Shown: positions 44,692 to 55,214, counted from the stretch's first letter. The stretch: 64,000 nt of DNA from a virus (IMGVR_UViG_3300038443_000233:1-64000), one strand, 5' to 3'. The notes: generated by a model from the letters alone, not told the origin. Numbers and translations: made by a program.

Positions 44692-45065
44692 TGGCAATCA
44701 CAAAATCGAATAAGGTTATTATCGCGGCGGGAACGTCTTGTGCCGCTGGCACAACCAAGGCGTCGCCGGGTGTAACTGGTACGGCATATGATTGCACTAC
44801 GTATTACGGAGGCGAACTTACTTGGCGTATTACTAATGGTTCGTCAGCTCCTACGGTGGCATGTACGATTCAGTTTCAAATTTCCCCAGATAACAGCACT
44901 TGGTACGACTATTATGCTGTGGCTGGCGATGTCACTGCTAGTAGCGCATACAGTGGAGCTTTTATCCTTGATAGGGGTGCTATGTATGTAAGGGCAATTG
45001 CTTACGGTAACGCAACTAATGCAGTTACCGTAGAAGCAGCTCTTCAGGCCGTGACAGGAGTTTAA
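44691..45065 (+). CDS. hypothetical structural protein (124 aa)
   Basis: ORF with overlapping ATGA coupling. Confidence 0.5.
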   Translation: MAITKSNKVIIAAGTSCAAGTTKASPGVTGTAYDCTTYYGGELTWRITNGSSAPTVACTIQFQISPDNSTWYDYYAVAGDVTASSAYSGAFILDRGAMYVRAIAYGNATNAVTVEAALQAVTGV

Positions 45066-45066
45066 T

Positions 45067-46767
45067 ATGCCGGGGATGCGACACCAGCCGTCAGGGCGTG
45101 CGCAGCTTGATAAAACAAATCCGCTGTGCCAAGGCATTGTGTTTGCAACAAGTGACCTAACTGTTCCTGTCTCTGCATCAGGTCACGTACAGACGCAGAT
45201 CAGTCCGTCAACATTTGCACGAACAACTGATCCTAACGGACGAGGGGTAGCAGTAAACGCATACTCCGCTAACGCTGCTATTTCTCTTCCGGCGAGTGTT
45301 AGAGACGCTATCGTAGGAAGTCCTTACACTATTGCGTGGATTTGCAGCCCAATCTTGAACTCTGCTGGCGGTCAATTGCTATATGGTAATCGTAACGACG
45401 GGCAAGGTACTGCGCAATTCACTGTCGTGCTGTCGCAGGGTCAATTGGTGGTTAGCAATGCTAGTACGTCTGTAACTTTTAACCGATCCAGCATTACGCA
45501 GGGCGGGAGAATGTCGATGTCGGTTAATTCGTCAACAGTAACGTTCCGCAATAGTGGAGGCACACAAGGACCGGCATTTAGTAGTTCTACGAATACTATT
45601 GGTCTTCCGGCGTCCACAACTATTCTTCCCTACGTGTTGAATAAAGGTGATGGCGCTCGTGGATTTCTTTCTGGGGTAAGTTTCCTTGCGATCTGGAACA
45701 GGGCGCTAAGTGCTGCTGAACAGGCCGCGTGGGAGGCTAATCCTTGGCAGATTTTTGCCAGTGCAGAAGATGAACATTACGATACGGATTACATTGCAGC
45801 AGCGGGAGGCATCTTTTCCGCAGACGGGTCGTCAATTGGTACGAGTAATCTGACGGCGGCAGCTAATGCTATTTTCAATGCGTATGGCTCTAGTACAGCG
45901 ATTGCTGGTGCAGCAGGAGCTTCGACATCTGTGTTCCCGTCAAATGGAGCATCGAACGGGACAAGCTCGCTTGACGCTGCAAATATCGTGCTGTTCTATA
46001 CAAACGCAGCAGCGTCCGGTACAAGTAATGACAGTGCAAGCAGCGTAAGCGTCTTTACGTCAGACGGATCAAGCACAAGTACTGCAAGTGTGTCCGGTAA
46101 CGCTTATGCCATTTGGCGTGTGTCCGCAGAAAGCTTTGGCTCTGCTTCAAACTCTGGTGGCGGTGTAGCACTTGCTCCAGTTGCCGGAGCTTCAGCTGGG
46201 TCATCTTCGTCAGGTGGCGGCGGTTCATCTATGGGACCGGCCGATGGGTCGGCGGATGGAACAGCAGTTGGAACATCAAATGCGGCAGCAATCGCAAGCG
46301 CTTTCTACAATGCAATTGCAAATGCTGTAGGTAGCGCAACAGTTACGGCCGTTGGAGCATCAACCAATAGCGTAACAGCTAGTTCGAACGGGTCTGCGTC
46401 CGGAACAGGAAACGTTACAGCTTTGGCTACAGCGAACGCAAACACAGGCGGGGCATCGTCGGCAGCTGCTGGCGGGGTTATTTTGGCTTGCGCTTCTGGC
46501 GCAGCAACTGGCCTTGCGAACGTTGGAGGTTTGTCCGTTGCTATCTACAGCACTGGTGGTATCTCAATATCAGCAGCACAAGTGCAAGCACTCGCTGCAT
46601 CTGTAGCATCTACGTTCGGGAATTCGGAAGGACGTTCAACTGTATCTGGCGTCACGGAAGGAGGTTTGCATTATACGGCTTCTGGAGACAAGTTCTCGAT
46701 TACGTTGGTCCTATCTCCGTACAAACTGACGTTTAATGATGTCCCTTTCAAACTGAAACTTAACTAA
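45067..46767 (+). CDS. fibre-like protein: N-terminal concanavalin/LamG-like domain + long Ser/Ala/Gly-rich periodic repeat region
   Basis: The N-terminal ~220 aa carry LamG-like motifs (LYGNRNDGQG...FLAIWNRALSAAE). The C-terminal ~340 aa are low-complexity, with recurring G(S/T)SxxTSNxxAAANAIFNAYG units. Confidence 0.55.
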   Translation: MPGMRHQPSGRAQLDKTNPLCQGIVFATSDLTVPVSASGHVQTQISPSTFARTTDPNGRGVAVNAYSANAAISLPASVRDAIVGSPYTIAWICSPILNSAGGQLLYGNRNDGQGTAQFTVVLSQGQLVVSNASTSVTFNRSSITQGGRMSMSVNSSTVTFRNSGGTQGPAFSSSTNTIGLPASTTILPYVLNKGDGARGFLSGVSFLAIWNRALSAAEQAAWEANPWQIFASAEDEHYDTDYIAAAGGIFSADGSSIGTSNLTAAANAIFNAYGSSTAIAGAAGASTSVFPSNGASNGTSSLDAANIVLFYTNAAASGTSNDSASSVSVFTSDGSSTSTASVSGNAYAIWRVSAESFGSASNSGGGVALAPVAGASAGSSSSGGGGSSMGPADGSADGTAVGTSNAAAIASAFYNAIANAVGSATVTAVGASTNSVTASSNGSASGTGNVTALATANANTGGASSAAAGGVILACASGAATGLANVGGLSVAIYSTGGISISAAQVQALAASVASTFGNSEGRSTVSGVTEGGLHYTASGDKFSITLVLSPYKLTFNDVPFKLKLN

Positions 46768-46774
46768 GGACGAT

Positions 46775-47104
46775 ATGCAAATCACACGTATTCGTGGAGA
46801 TACAGCCCCGGATAGTTTCACAGTCACTAACGCAAAAACGCGGGGTGTAGTGAACCTTACCGGGTGCACGTTCAAAATGACAATTAGTACCGTTCCTGAC
46901 CCGGTTGATACATCTACTCAGGTATATCAATTGGACGGAGTAATCAACACCCCGGAAACGGGGATTGTTGAATTTTCCCCGACAGCGGATCAAGCAAACC
47001 AAGTAGGGTACTTCTACTACGATGTTCAGATGACGGACTCGTACGGACGTGTCCTTACGTTAGATAAAGACGTGTACCTGTTCACACAGGACATCACGAA
47101 ATAA
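46775..47104 (+). CDS. hypothetical protein (109 aa); positional candidate for small terminase subunit
   Basis: It lies immediately upstream of the large terminase. No HTH is recognisable. Confidence 0.3.
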   Translation: MQITRIRGDTAPDSFTVTNAKTRGVVNLTGCTFKMTISTVPDPVDTSTQVYQLDGVINTPETGIVEFSPTADQANQVGYFYYDVQMTDSYGRVLTLDKDVYLFTQDITK

Positions 47105-47115
47105 GGAGTAAGAGC

Positions 47116-48600
47116 ATGGCTAAAAAGAAGCCAATCCCGGAAAGCGTAGAGCAGGCGTACGAAGAAGAACAATTGGTTCTAGGGCCATGCTCTGAAAAGC
47201 AGCGGATGGTGTTGACGGATAATACTACCGATATGCTGTTGATCGGTGGTGGTGCCGGAGGCGGTAAGTCGTATCTGGCACTTCTGAAAGCGCTTAACTT
47301 TTGCATGACCGACCCGGCAGCTCGCGTGCTAATCGTACGTCTGACGTACCCAGTGCTAAAAGCTGTCGGTGGCCTTGTGGACGAATCGAAGTACCTCTAC
47401 AAGCAATTCGGCGCTGAATTCAAACTGCAACCCCTTGAATGGCACTTCCCAAACGGCGCTGTCATTAAGTTCGTTGCTATGCCAGCAGATAAACAAGAGG
47501 TACAGGGTTGGCAGGCAACCAACATCATTGTAGACGAGGGCGCCGAATTCAAACTAGAAGACATTCTTGCACTACAAGAGCGTATTCGGGGCGCGCGTTA
47601 CAAGGGTAAGCTAGGAATGATTATTACCTGCAACCCGAACCGTAATAGCTGGCTGTATGAATTCGTGAAATACTGCCTCGACCCGGACACAGGCGTACCA
47701 AAACCGGGGACTGAAGATATTACACGCTGGTTCATGCAGCTAAACGGTAATATCGTATGGGGTGAAAGTTATGATGACCTGTTTGAAAAGCATGGTCATG
47801 GTATGGACAAAGCTAAGGACTACCATCCTACGTCATTCCGCTTCATTCCGATGGACGTGTTCTCTAACCCGGTATTGTTGAAGAATAACCCCGGATATCT
47901 GGCTAAGCTGAAGGCAGGTACACGTGTATCTCAGTTGCGATTTTTGCACGGCTCTTGGACTGCTGTTCCTGAAGGTAACAGCAACTTCAACCGTAGCTGG
48001 GTAACGATGGTTGAACACGCCCCTGTCGAAGTTACAGGACGCGTCCGCTCATGGGACTTGGCTCACTCTATTCCGAGCGAAACGTATCCCGACCCAGACT
48101 GGACCGCTGGCGTGCGGATGAGCCGCACGAAAGCAGGGCGGTACGTAGTGGAGCATGTCAAGCGATTCCAAAAGCTGACGGACGGCGTTGTGAAAGGAAT
48201 CATCGAAACTGCGCACCAAGAGGACGGGCTGAACGTCCCGGTGACGATCCCGAAGGATAACGGCGGTGGTAAGGCTGCTACGCAGTTCTTCACGAAGGAG
48301 CTGGCAGAAGAGGGCATCACTGTGAAGGGTATCCCGATTTCGGGGCACACGAGCAAGATGCAACGCTTCCTGCCGTTCTGTTCTTTGGCAGAGGCCGGAT
48401 TGGTAGACGTTGTACGCGGAGACTGGAACGAAGACTTCTTCGTTGAGCTTGAACACTTCCAAGGTATCAGGAACGAAAAGAACGATCAGGTTGACGCCTG
48501 TGCGGACGCATTCAACTACCTAGCGAAGAACGGGAACATCCCTGACTTCGTTGTACCTGATTTGTCAAGGCCGAGTCCAGTTCCTACCATACTATCGTAA
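47116..48600 (+). CDS. terminase large subunit
   Basis: The Walker A motif is LLIGGGAGGGKSY and Walker B is IIVDEGAEF. The size is 494 aa. Confidence 0.85.
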   Translation: MAKKKPIPESVEQAYEEEQLVLGPCSEKQRMVLTDNTTDMLLIGGGAGGGKSYLALLKALNFCMTDPAARVLIVRLTYPVLKAVGGLVDESKYLYKQFGAEFKLQPLEWHFPNGAVIKFVAMPADKQEVQGWQATNIIVDEGAEFKLEDILALQERIRGARYKGKLGMIITCNPNRNSWLYEFVKYCLDPDTGVPKPGTEDITRWFMQLNGNIVWGESYDDLFEKHGHGMDKAKDYHPTSFRFIPMDVFSNPVLLKNNPGYLAKLKAGTRVSQLRFLHGSWTAVPEGNSNFNRSWVTMVEHAPVEVTGRVRSWDLAHSIPSETYPDPDWTAGVRMSRTKAGRYVVEHVKRFQKLTDGVVKGIIETAHQEDGLNVPVTIPKDNGGGKAATQFFTKELAEEGITVKGIPISGHTSKMQRFLPFCSLAEAGLVDVVRGDWNEDFFVELEHFQGIRNEKNDQVDACADAFNYLAKNGNIPDFVVPDLSRPSPVPTILS

Positions 48601-48628
48601 GCAAGTAAATAGGTAGTGTGGCAAAAAG

Positions 48629-48657
48629 TTGACAAATAAGGGTACGTAGTGTACAAT
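48629..48657 (+). promoter_or_regulatory. promoter TTGACA-17-TACAAT (spacer GTACGTAGTG)
   Basis: It lies between the terminase and portal genes. Confidence 0.55.
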
Positions 48658-48685
48658 CACGCATATACAGTAAAGAAGGAGCACT

Positions 48686-50158
48686 ATGGCAGACCAAAAG
48701 CCACAAGCTGATAGCGGCGCTGGTTTGAACGCCGATCCTTCAGCAGTAATCCCACGTATCAGTTTGAGTGAGGTTGGTTTCTCCGGCCTGACGACCATGA
48801 GTGGTCGAATCCTTGAGGAACAGAATCGAGTCTTCCGATTCCCAGAGTTCCTAAAGACTGTTACGGAAATGAAGACCGACCCGACAATTGCAGCATCGCT
48901 TGGTATCTATCGAATGATGATTACAGGCGTTCAGTGGCACGTGGCTCCGCCAGATAACGCTACTGAGACTGACAAACAGCGTGCAGCATTTGTTGAAAGC
49001 TGTATGTCTGATATGGAAGGGTCGTGGCCCCAATTTATGGCGGAAGTGGTAACGTATCTCGAATACGGCTTCTCCATTCAAGAAAAAGTATTTCGCCGAC
49101 GCCTGACAAGGAACGGGAGCAAGTATAATGATGGTTTGGTAGGGCTACGTAAGATCGCAACACGTCCTCAAGATACGATTCGTCACTGGAATTTCTCCGA
49201 AGACGGTCGTGAGTTGTTGAGTGTCGGGCAGAGTATAAAGAATATGGAAAACTCGGCACGGTTTATGAATCTTGCTGATCCGAACGGACTGATTACAATC
49301 GACCGTGCGAAGTTCATGTTGTTCTCTGCTGATAGCGTGAAAGGCAACCCGGAAGGTAAGTCGATTTTGAAGTCGGTGTACCTGCCGTATAAGCAGCTAA
49401 CACTGCTTAAAGACCAGTTGATGCTTGGTGTATCGAAAGACATTGCCTCTGTCCCGGTAATCTACATCCCGCCAAAATTCATGGCGAACGACGCAAGCGA
49501 TTCGGAGCGCGCAGTGTACCAAGCGTACCTGAATGCAGCTCAAGCGATTGCGGATGGTAAGCAGCGCTCTCTAGTGATGCCGCTGGTACTGGATGAAGGT
49601 GGGAATAAGCAGTTCGAATTCACGTTGATGGAAGCAAAAGGCCACAACAAATTCGACATCCCTTCGATCATCACCGGATTGCAAAACGACATCCTTACAG
49701 CCCTGTCAACGAAAGTGCTGACGGCAGAGCAAGAGGAAGCTAGCGTTCTCTGCAAAATGGCAATCGAACACAGACTGAATGAAATCCGCGACGTTCTTAA
49801 CAACGATCTGGTAGCTCAAATCTTCGCATTGAATGGTTGGAACCAAGATCGTCTGCCAACATTTGAGTTTGGTGACGTTAATGAAGTCGATAGCGAAGCA
49901 TGGTCGAAAGCCCTGCAACGTGCGGCATCTGTCGGTCTTGTTGAAATTGACCGACCAATCCTGAATAAAACTCGCGAAGTCCTTGGCGTTGAGCCCCTAC
50001 CTGTTGACGAACCAGTCGATAAAGAAAATCTGACGGGTAACGCAAGCCGCTCCGGCGATGGCATGGCAGCAGGTAAATCCGGCGAAGGTACGGCAGATAT
50101 CGGTGGCAAGTCCAGCAAGCAGGATAAGTCAGCGAGAAATCGTGACAACACAGGATAA
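48686..50158 (+). CDS. portal protein
   Basis: 490-aa protein immediately after the terminase, with the composition and size typical of portal proteins. Confidence 0.7.
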   Translation: MADQKPQADSGAGLNADPSAVIPRISLSEVGFSGLTTMSGRILEEQNRVFRFPEFLKTVTEMKTDPTIAASLGIYRMMITGVQWHVAPPDNATETDKQRAAFVESCMSDMEGSWPQFMAEVVTYLEYGFSIQEKVFRRRLTRNGSKYNDGLVGLRKIATRPQDTIRHWNFSEDGRELLSVGQSIKNMENSARFMNLADPNGLITIDRAKFMLFSADSVKGNPEGKSILKSVYLPYKQLTLLKDQLMLGVSKDIASVPVIYIPPKFMANDASDSERAVYQAYLNAAQAIADGKQRSLVMPLVLDEGGNKQFEFTLMEAKGHNKFDIPSIITGLQNDILTALSTKVLTAEQEEASVLCKMAIEHRLNEIRDVLNNDLVAQIFALNGWNQDRLPTFEFGDVNEVDSEAWSKALQRAASVGLVEIDRPILNKTREVLGVEPLPVDEPVDKENLTGNASRSGDGMAAGKSGEGTADIGGKSSKQDKSARNRDNTG

Positions 50159-50168
50159 GGAACACAAC

Positions 50169-50993
50169 ATGACAATGCAACGGCCTGTTCGCAGATTGAC
50201 ATCCGATCTGTACAACAAGCCGCATCTCATTTCTGCGGAAGCGTTCAGTGCGATTACTTCGTATCTGGACCTCCGCAACACTGGGATGCTGGCACAAGTA
50301 GAAACTGTTTCAGCCGACCTTGATAAACCTTCTAATGTTGGCAAGGTTGGACTAATCAACATCCACGGAAGCCTGACTAACAAACCAGTCGAATCCCTTT
50401 GTGGTGCAACTGGTACAAGCTACGCCGGACTGTTGAATCAGATGGACGAACTTATCGGGATGGGCTGTAAAAAAGTCGTCTTCGATATTAGCTCTGGCGG
50501 CGGAGAGGCATTCAATTGCTTCCAAACCGCAGACGCACTCCGCAAAATGGCTGACGATAACGATGTCTACCTGATTTCGTACGTACAGGATTGCGCAGCA
50601 TCCGCCGCTTACGCTTTGTGCGTATTGTCGGACGAGGTTGTTTGCCATCCTCAAGGCCAAGTCGGGAGCATCGGAGTTCTTATCGCCCTGATGAACAACA
50701 GCAAGCAGCTTGAACAAGAAGGACTGACACGTACGTTCGTAACAGCGGGAGCTAATAAGATTCCGTTCGATGCAAATGGTGATTTCCGAGACGAGTTCAT
50801 TGAATCTCTACAAGAGAGTGTGAATGAACTTTACGGCGAATTCGTAACCCACGTATCCAAATACACGGGACTTTCGGAAGAGGAAATCAGGTCTACAGAG
50901 GCTTCGATGTTCCGGGCTAACAAAGCGCTATCGATGGGACTGATTAACTCGATCATGACCAACGAACAGTTCGCTGAATATCTATCGCAATAA
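50169..50993 (+). CDS. prohead protease (S49/ClpP-like serine peptidase)
   Basis: The start is MTMQRPV. IHGSL...SSGGGEAF fits the ClpP/SppA fold. Confidence 0.65.
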   Translation: MTMQRPVRRLTSDLYNKPHLISAEAFSAITSYLDLRNTGMLAQVETVSADLDKPSNVGKVGLINIHGSLTNKPVESLCGATGTSYAGLLNQMDELIGMGCKKVVFDISSGGGEAFNCFQTADALRKMADDNDVYLISYVQDCAASAAYALCVLSDEVVCHPQGQVGSIGVLIALMNNSKQLEQEGLTRTFVTAGANKIPFDANGDFRDEFIESLQESVNELYGEFVTHVSKYTGLSEEEIRSTEASMFRANKALSMGLINSIMTNEQFAEYLSQ

Positions 50994-51002
50994 GGAGCCA
51001 TT

Positions 51003-51566
51003 TTGAAAGACGTACTCAAACGGATGTTCGGGAAATCGCCCGACGCTGCGCAAGCAGAAACCACACAAGAAGGAATTGAAACGATGGCAGACGCCGTAAC
51101 TGAAGTGCCTAGCGCGAGCGCTAGTCTTACAGACCAAGTAGCAGCGCTGCAAGCCACTGTTACCGCTCTGACGGATCAACTGAACGGCAAGGTTGCAGAA
51201 CTGGCAGACAAGGATTCGAAGATCGCTGAATTGACCGCTCTGGTTAATGCTGCTACAGAATTCAAAGCTGCTCAGGAAAAAGCAGCGGCCGAAGCAAAGG
51301 TTGCAGCTCGTACTGCAAAACTGGCAGAAGTGGTCGGCACAGAGCAAGCCACCAGCCTACAAGCAGCGCTGGCAACTCTGGACGACGCAGCGTTTGATGT
51401 AGCTGTAGGAGCTATGTCAAACAAACTGAATACCGAAGCAAAGTCTGCGGCATTCAACGAAGTCGGAGTTGAAGGTTCAACCGACGCTGTAGCGCTTGCT
51501 ACTGAAACCAGTGGCTCGCGTGTGATGGACTACCTGAAGACCATCGATCATAACCAATCCAACTAA
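51003..51566 (+). CDS. scaffolding protein
   Basis: Ala-rich coiled-coil protein lying between the protease and capsid genes. Confidence 0.6.
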   Translation: MKDVLKRMFGKSPDAAQAETTQEGIETMADAVTEVPSASASLTDQVAALQATVTALTDQLNGKVAELADKDSKIAELTALVNAATEFKAAQEKAAAEAKVAARTAKLAEVVGTEQATSLQAALATLDDAAFDVAVGAMSNKLNTEAKSAAFNEVGVEGSTDAVALATETSGSRVMDYLKTIDHNQSN

Positions 51567-51584
51567 TCCATAAAGGAATGTAAC

Positions 51585-52016
51585 ATGCCAGTTTTCGCAA
51601 CTGAAGGCCAATACTCTCGTTTCGGTTCGCTTGTAAAAATGAGCGACACTCCGGAGCGTTTTGAGTTCCACACTGATGTCATCACCGCTAACGAAGCCGG
51701 TACTCCTACTTACACGCTGGGTACTGTTCTAGGCAAAGTGACTGCCACCGGAAAATACATCGTCTGCGTCCGCACTGCGGTTGATGGCTCACAAACCCCT
51801 GCTGCTATCTATCTCGGTGACGGTAAGATGGGTGCCATCGTTGACACTACCCTCGTGGCAGCTACCGATACTCCTGTTCTGGCCCTGACGCGCGGCAAAG
51901 TAATCGTCGCTAAAGAGGCTCTGAAACTGGACGCGTCGTTCTCTACGACCACGCAGAAGCAGGCAGCATACGATGCTCTTAAAGCAGTCAACATCCTCGT
52001 TGAAGCCTCGTTCTAA
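51585..52016 (+). CDS. head decoration/minor capsid protein (143 aa)
   Basis: Assigned by its position just before the major capsid gene, with an 'aaaggaatg' RBS. Confidence 0.45.
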   Translation: MPVFATEGQYSRFGSLVKMSDTPERFEFHTDVITANEAGTPTYTLGTVLGKVTATGKYIVCVRTAVDGSQTPAAIYLGDGKMGAIVDTTLVAATDTPVLALTRGKVIVAKEALKLDASFSTTTQKQAAYDALKAVNILVEASF

Positions 52017-52039
52017 TTAACCAAGTAAAGGAATAACAA

Positions 52040-53068
52040 ATGATCGTTCGCGATTTTGGTAACGGCTTCAGCGTCGTTGACTGGACCCAAGAAGTAAACA
52101 CCGTTCCGAACCAGTGGGGTCTGCTAGGCCAACTGGGTATCTTCCAAGAGGAATCGGTTGCTGAACACGTGGTTGTGTTCGAAGAAATCATCAAAGACGG
52201 CCAACTGATCGTTGACCGCGTTCGCGGCGACCGTGCAAGCGTGGGCCGTGACCAACAGCGCAAGATGCACTCGTTCACCGTTCCGCACTTCCCATACGAA
52301 GATGCGATCTATCCGCAAGACATCCAAGGTAAGCGCGCCTACGGATCGGCTTCGGAAGCTGAAACGCTGGACCTAGTGCGTGCTCGTAAGCTGGCTCGTA
52401 TCCGTCAAAACCACGCATGGACGCTGGAAGCAGCTCGTGCGCAGGCAATCGTATCGGGCACTGTGTACGCTCCGAACGGTACTGTGTCGCAAGACTGGTA
52501 TCAGGAAATGACTGGCGGGGCTCGTCCTGCTGCTGTTGACTTCCTGCTGGGTACTTCGACCACTGAGATTTCGACAATGATCGAAACTGTTCTGGCACAG
52601 ATTCAGGATAACAGCGGTCAAGTGAACTACACGGGTGTCGTCGCTCTGTGCGGTACTACGTTCTTCCAAAAGCTGATTACCCACCAGGTAGTTAAGCAAG
52701 CCTACCAATACTACACTTCGACCAGCGAACCGCTGCGTCGTCGTCAGTCAGCAGACGGTAGCGCAATCGGAATGCGTCGTACGTGGGAGTTCATGGGCGT
52801 TACGTTCATCGAAATGCGTGATGCCTACAACGGCAACCGTCTGATCCCGGCTGCTGATGCGTACTTCGTGCCGACTGGTACGGACTTCTTCAAGACGTAC
52901 TTCTCGCCAGCTAACCGTTTCGGTCTGGTGAATACGCTGGGTGAACAAGTCTACGTGTTCGAAACGATGGCACCGAACGGCACTGCCTACACCATCGAAT
53001 CGGAGTCGAACTTCATCAACGCGCTGCTGAAGCCACTGATGGTTGTGAAGGCTACCACAAGCAACTAA
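52040..53068 (+). CDS. major capsid protein
   Basis: 342 aa with a strong 'aaaggaataa' RBS. It follows the scaffold and decoration genes and is followed by a hairpin. Confidence 0.7.
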   Translation: MIVRDFGNGFSVVDWTQEVNTVPNQWGLLGQLGIFQEESVAEHVVVFEEIIKDGQLIVDRVRGDRASVGRDQQRKMHSFTVPHFPYEDAIYPQDIQGKRAYGSASEAETLDLVRARKLARIRQNHAWTLEAARAQAIVSGTVYAPNGTVSQDWYQEMTGGARPAAVDFLLGTSTTEISTMIETVLAQIQDNSGQVNYTGVVALCGTTFFQKLITHQVVKQAYQYYTSTSEPLRRRQSADGSAIGMRRTWEFMGVTFIEMRDAYNGNRLIPAADAYFVPTGTDFFKTYFSPANRFGLVNTLGEQVYVFETMAPNGTAYTIESESNFINALLKPLMVVKATTSN

Positions 53069-53077
53069 TGCTTGAAG

Positions 53078-53100
53078 ACAGACCCTTCGGGGTCTGTTAT
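53078..53100 (+). terminator. hairpin ACAGACCC-ttcg-GGGTCTGT (partial terminator/attenuator after capsid gene)
   Basis: 8-bp GC-rich stem with a weak T-tract. Confidence 0.4.
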
Positions 53101-53174
53101 CTATGAAGGTTACGTTCCATGTCAAACGGTTAATTCCGTACCTAGCCTTCATAGATAACATTGAAAGGAATATC

Positions 53175-53651
53175 ATGGCACTTCTTGATCCAACAACACC
53201 CGTAGGTAAGATGCGCCTCCGGGTCGGTGATTTCTCCGATCTTCCGTTGATGCCTGATTCGGTTTATATCTCGGCATTGCAGGACACGAATAACAACCTC
53301 CCGAAAGCGAGCGTTCTGGTAGCACAATATATTCTGGCGATGCTGACATCCCAGACGCACCAGAAACTAGCGCAGATCGAAGTGTTCGGTTCAGAGTGGT
53401 TCAACAACTACCTTGCATTCGTTAAAGCTACGATCCTTAATCCGAACTTCATGGACATCGCTCCGATGCCATACGTTCCAACGATTAAGAACGAATTCGG
53501 GCAAGAGGTTGAATTGCCTCTTGTGCAATTCCAGAAGGATTGGAATAACAACTACATCACGACAACACAATCGCAGGATATGCATTTGATGGCTCTGCCG
53601 CCAAGCACAATTCCTAACGATCCGTTTAGTACTATCGGAAGGTTCTACTAA
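53175..53651 (+). CDS. head-tail connector/adaptor protein
   Basis: The start is MALLDPT. Assigned by position. Confidence 0.45.
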   Translation: MALLDPTTPVGKMRLRVGDFSDLPLMPDSVYISALQDTNNNLPKASVLVAQYILAMLTSQTHQKLAQIEVFGSEWFNNYLAFVKATILNPNFMDIAPMPYVPTIKNEFGQEVELPLVQFQKDWNNNYITTTQSQDMHLMALPPSTIPNDPFSTIGRFY

Positions 53652-54028
53652 TGGTTGACCCGCTAATCAGAACCGTTTATTCGATGATGGCTCGGTTCGG
53701 CGGGGACGCAACGCTGGTAGTGGACTCTGGTGAATCTACGTACGATCCAGAAACCTCCACTACAATCTCAAGCGTTACCGAGTACCCAGTGCGAATTATT
53801 GCTCAAGACTACATTCAGAAGTCTCTAGGACTGTTGACCAAAGCAGGAACAACGATCCAAACAGGGGATAAATGGATTTTCGTTCAGCCGAGCGAAGACT
53901 CACCGCTTCCGCGTGCAGAGGTAGATTGCCTCCTGTTCGAAGGGAAGAAATGGGTAGTGAAGGTTGTAAAAGACCATAACCCGTCTGGGACGAAGAGCTA
54001 CCTGTACGAGATTTACGCGAGGGCCTAA
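53651..54028 (+). CDS. head-tail joining protein
   Basis: ORF with overlapping ATGG coupling. Confidence 0.45.
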   Translation: MVDPLIRTVYSMMARFGGDATLVVDSGESTYDPETSTTISSVTEYPVRIIAQDYIQKSLGLLTKAGTTIQTGDKWIFVQPSEDSPLPRAEVDCLLFEGKKWVVKVVKDHNPSGTKSYLYEIYARA

Positions 54029-54444
54029 TGGGATTCGCTGACTCTATTAGGCTCCATAACGCAAAGGTCAAGCAAGAGGTAAGCAACAAGATCATCGACA
54101 TAGCGGCCGAGTTGTTCACTGAAGTAGTGAACGGTACGCCAGTTGACAAGGGTATCCTGAAGAACAACTGGTACGGAGGCACAGGTGGGACATATAACGC
54201 GTCGTACAACGAAGCGTCGGCCAGTAAGGATGGAATGTCCAGCCTAACGCAGATCGCGTCTCTACGGGCTTATACGGGCTTCGTAGGTAAGGATGGAAGC
54301 GTTAGCCTATCGAACTCAACTCCGTATGGCTTCCGTGCCGAGTATGCCGGATGGCCCGCTCCTGAGTGGACTGGACGCATCGGCCCTTACGCAATGATCG
54401 CTAAAGCCTTTATCAAAGTCGCACCGAAATATAAGAGGCCATAA
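54028..54444 (+). CDS. head-tail joining/tail completion protein
   Basis: ORF. Confidence 0.45.
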   Translation: MGFADSIRLHNAKVKQEVSNKIIDIAAELFTEVVNGTPVDKGILKNNWYGGTGGTYNASYNEASASKDGMSSLTQIASLRAYTGFVGKDGSVSLSNSTPYGFRAEYAGWPAPEWTGRIGPYAMIAKAFIKVAPKYKRP

Positions 54445-54836
54445 TGACAGCGCGATCAGAAATCGAAACAAGAATTAACACATGGGCTGAAGCGCAAATT
54501 CCGCCGATCCCAGTCGCCTTTGAGGGCGTGAATTTTACTAAGCCCGCAAGTGGTCCCTACCTAGAAGTGTATATGCTCGGTTCGGACAGTAAGTTGCGGA
54601 CAGTATCAGCAGATGGTGTGCGTGAACTAGGAATGTTCCAAGTGAATTGCTACGCCGAAGCTGGAAAAGGAATGGGAGAAGTGGAAGCGATTGGTCAAAG
54701 CATTGTATCGCTTTTCCCTGTACTACCAAAGACGGGGACAGTCAGCATTGAACAGCCCTTGAGTTGGTCACGTGGGAGCATTATCGACGGGTACGCATTC
54801 GTCCCCGTTCGTGGCAACTACCGAATTGAATCATAA
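54444..54836 (+). CDS. tail completion protein
   Basis: ORF. Confidence 0.45.
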   Translation: MTARSEIETRINTWAEAQIPPIPVAFEGVNFTKPASGPYLEVYMLGSDSKLRTVSADGVRELGMFQVNCYAEAGKGMGEVEAIGQSIVSLFPVLPKTGTVSIEQPLSWSRGSIIDGYAFVPVRGNYRIES

Positions 54837-54860
54837 CAACTTTTCTTCGAAGGAAAATAA

Positions 54861-55214
54861 ATGGGTGCTATCACTACAACTAATCGCGGCGCTAAGGTAA
54901 CTGCTACCCGTATCACCGCATCAGCATCGGATACGTTCACGTACGTGCCGAATACTGGACAAGTGCTTGAGCTACACAACAACACTGCCGGTGCACTGAC
55001 GGCTGTTATCAAAGGTACTGCCCCATCGGCGGCTTACCCAATTCCGGGTGCTGGTGGTACGACTGTTGACTTGAGTGCCGGTCTATCAGTTCCGGTAGCA
55101 GCAGGCGCTTCGGTGTTCGTAACGCTTGATTCGCACGCAGCATACCTAGCAGGTACAGGTGCCATCACCGTGACTGGTGCAACTGGCATGACCGTCATCC
55201 TGCTTGCCAACTAA
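54861..55214 (+). CDS. hypothetical structural protein (117 aa)
   Basis: ORF with a 'gaaggaaaa' RBS. Confidence 0.45.
   Translation: MGAITTTNRGAKVTATRITASASDTFTYVPNTGQVLELHNNTAGALTAVIKGTAPSAAYPIPGAGGTTVDLSAGLSVPVAAGASVFVTLDSHAAYLAGTGAITVTGATGMTVILLAN

Noticed and set aside
46775-47104. Small terminase subunit
   Set aside because: Only positional evidence supports it. No HTH or oligomerisation motifs are recognisable, so it is listed as hypothetical with a low-confidence note.
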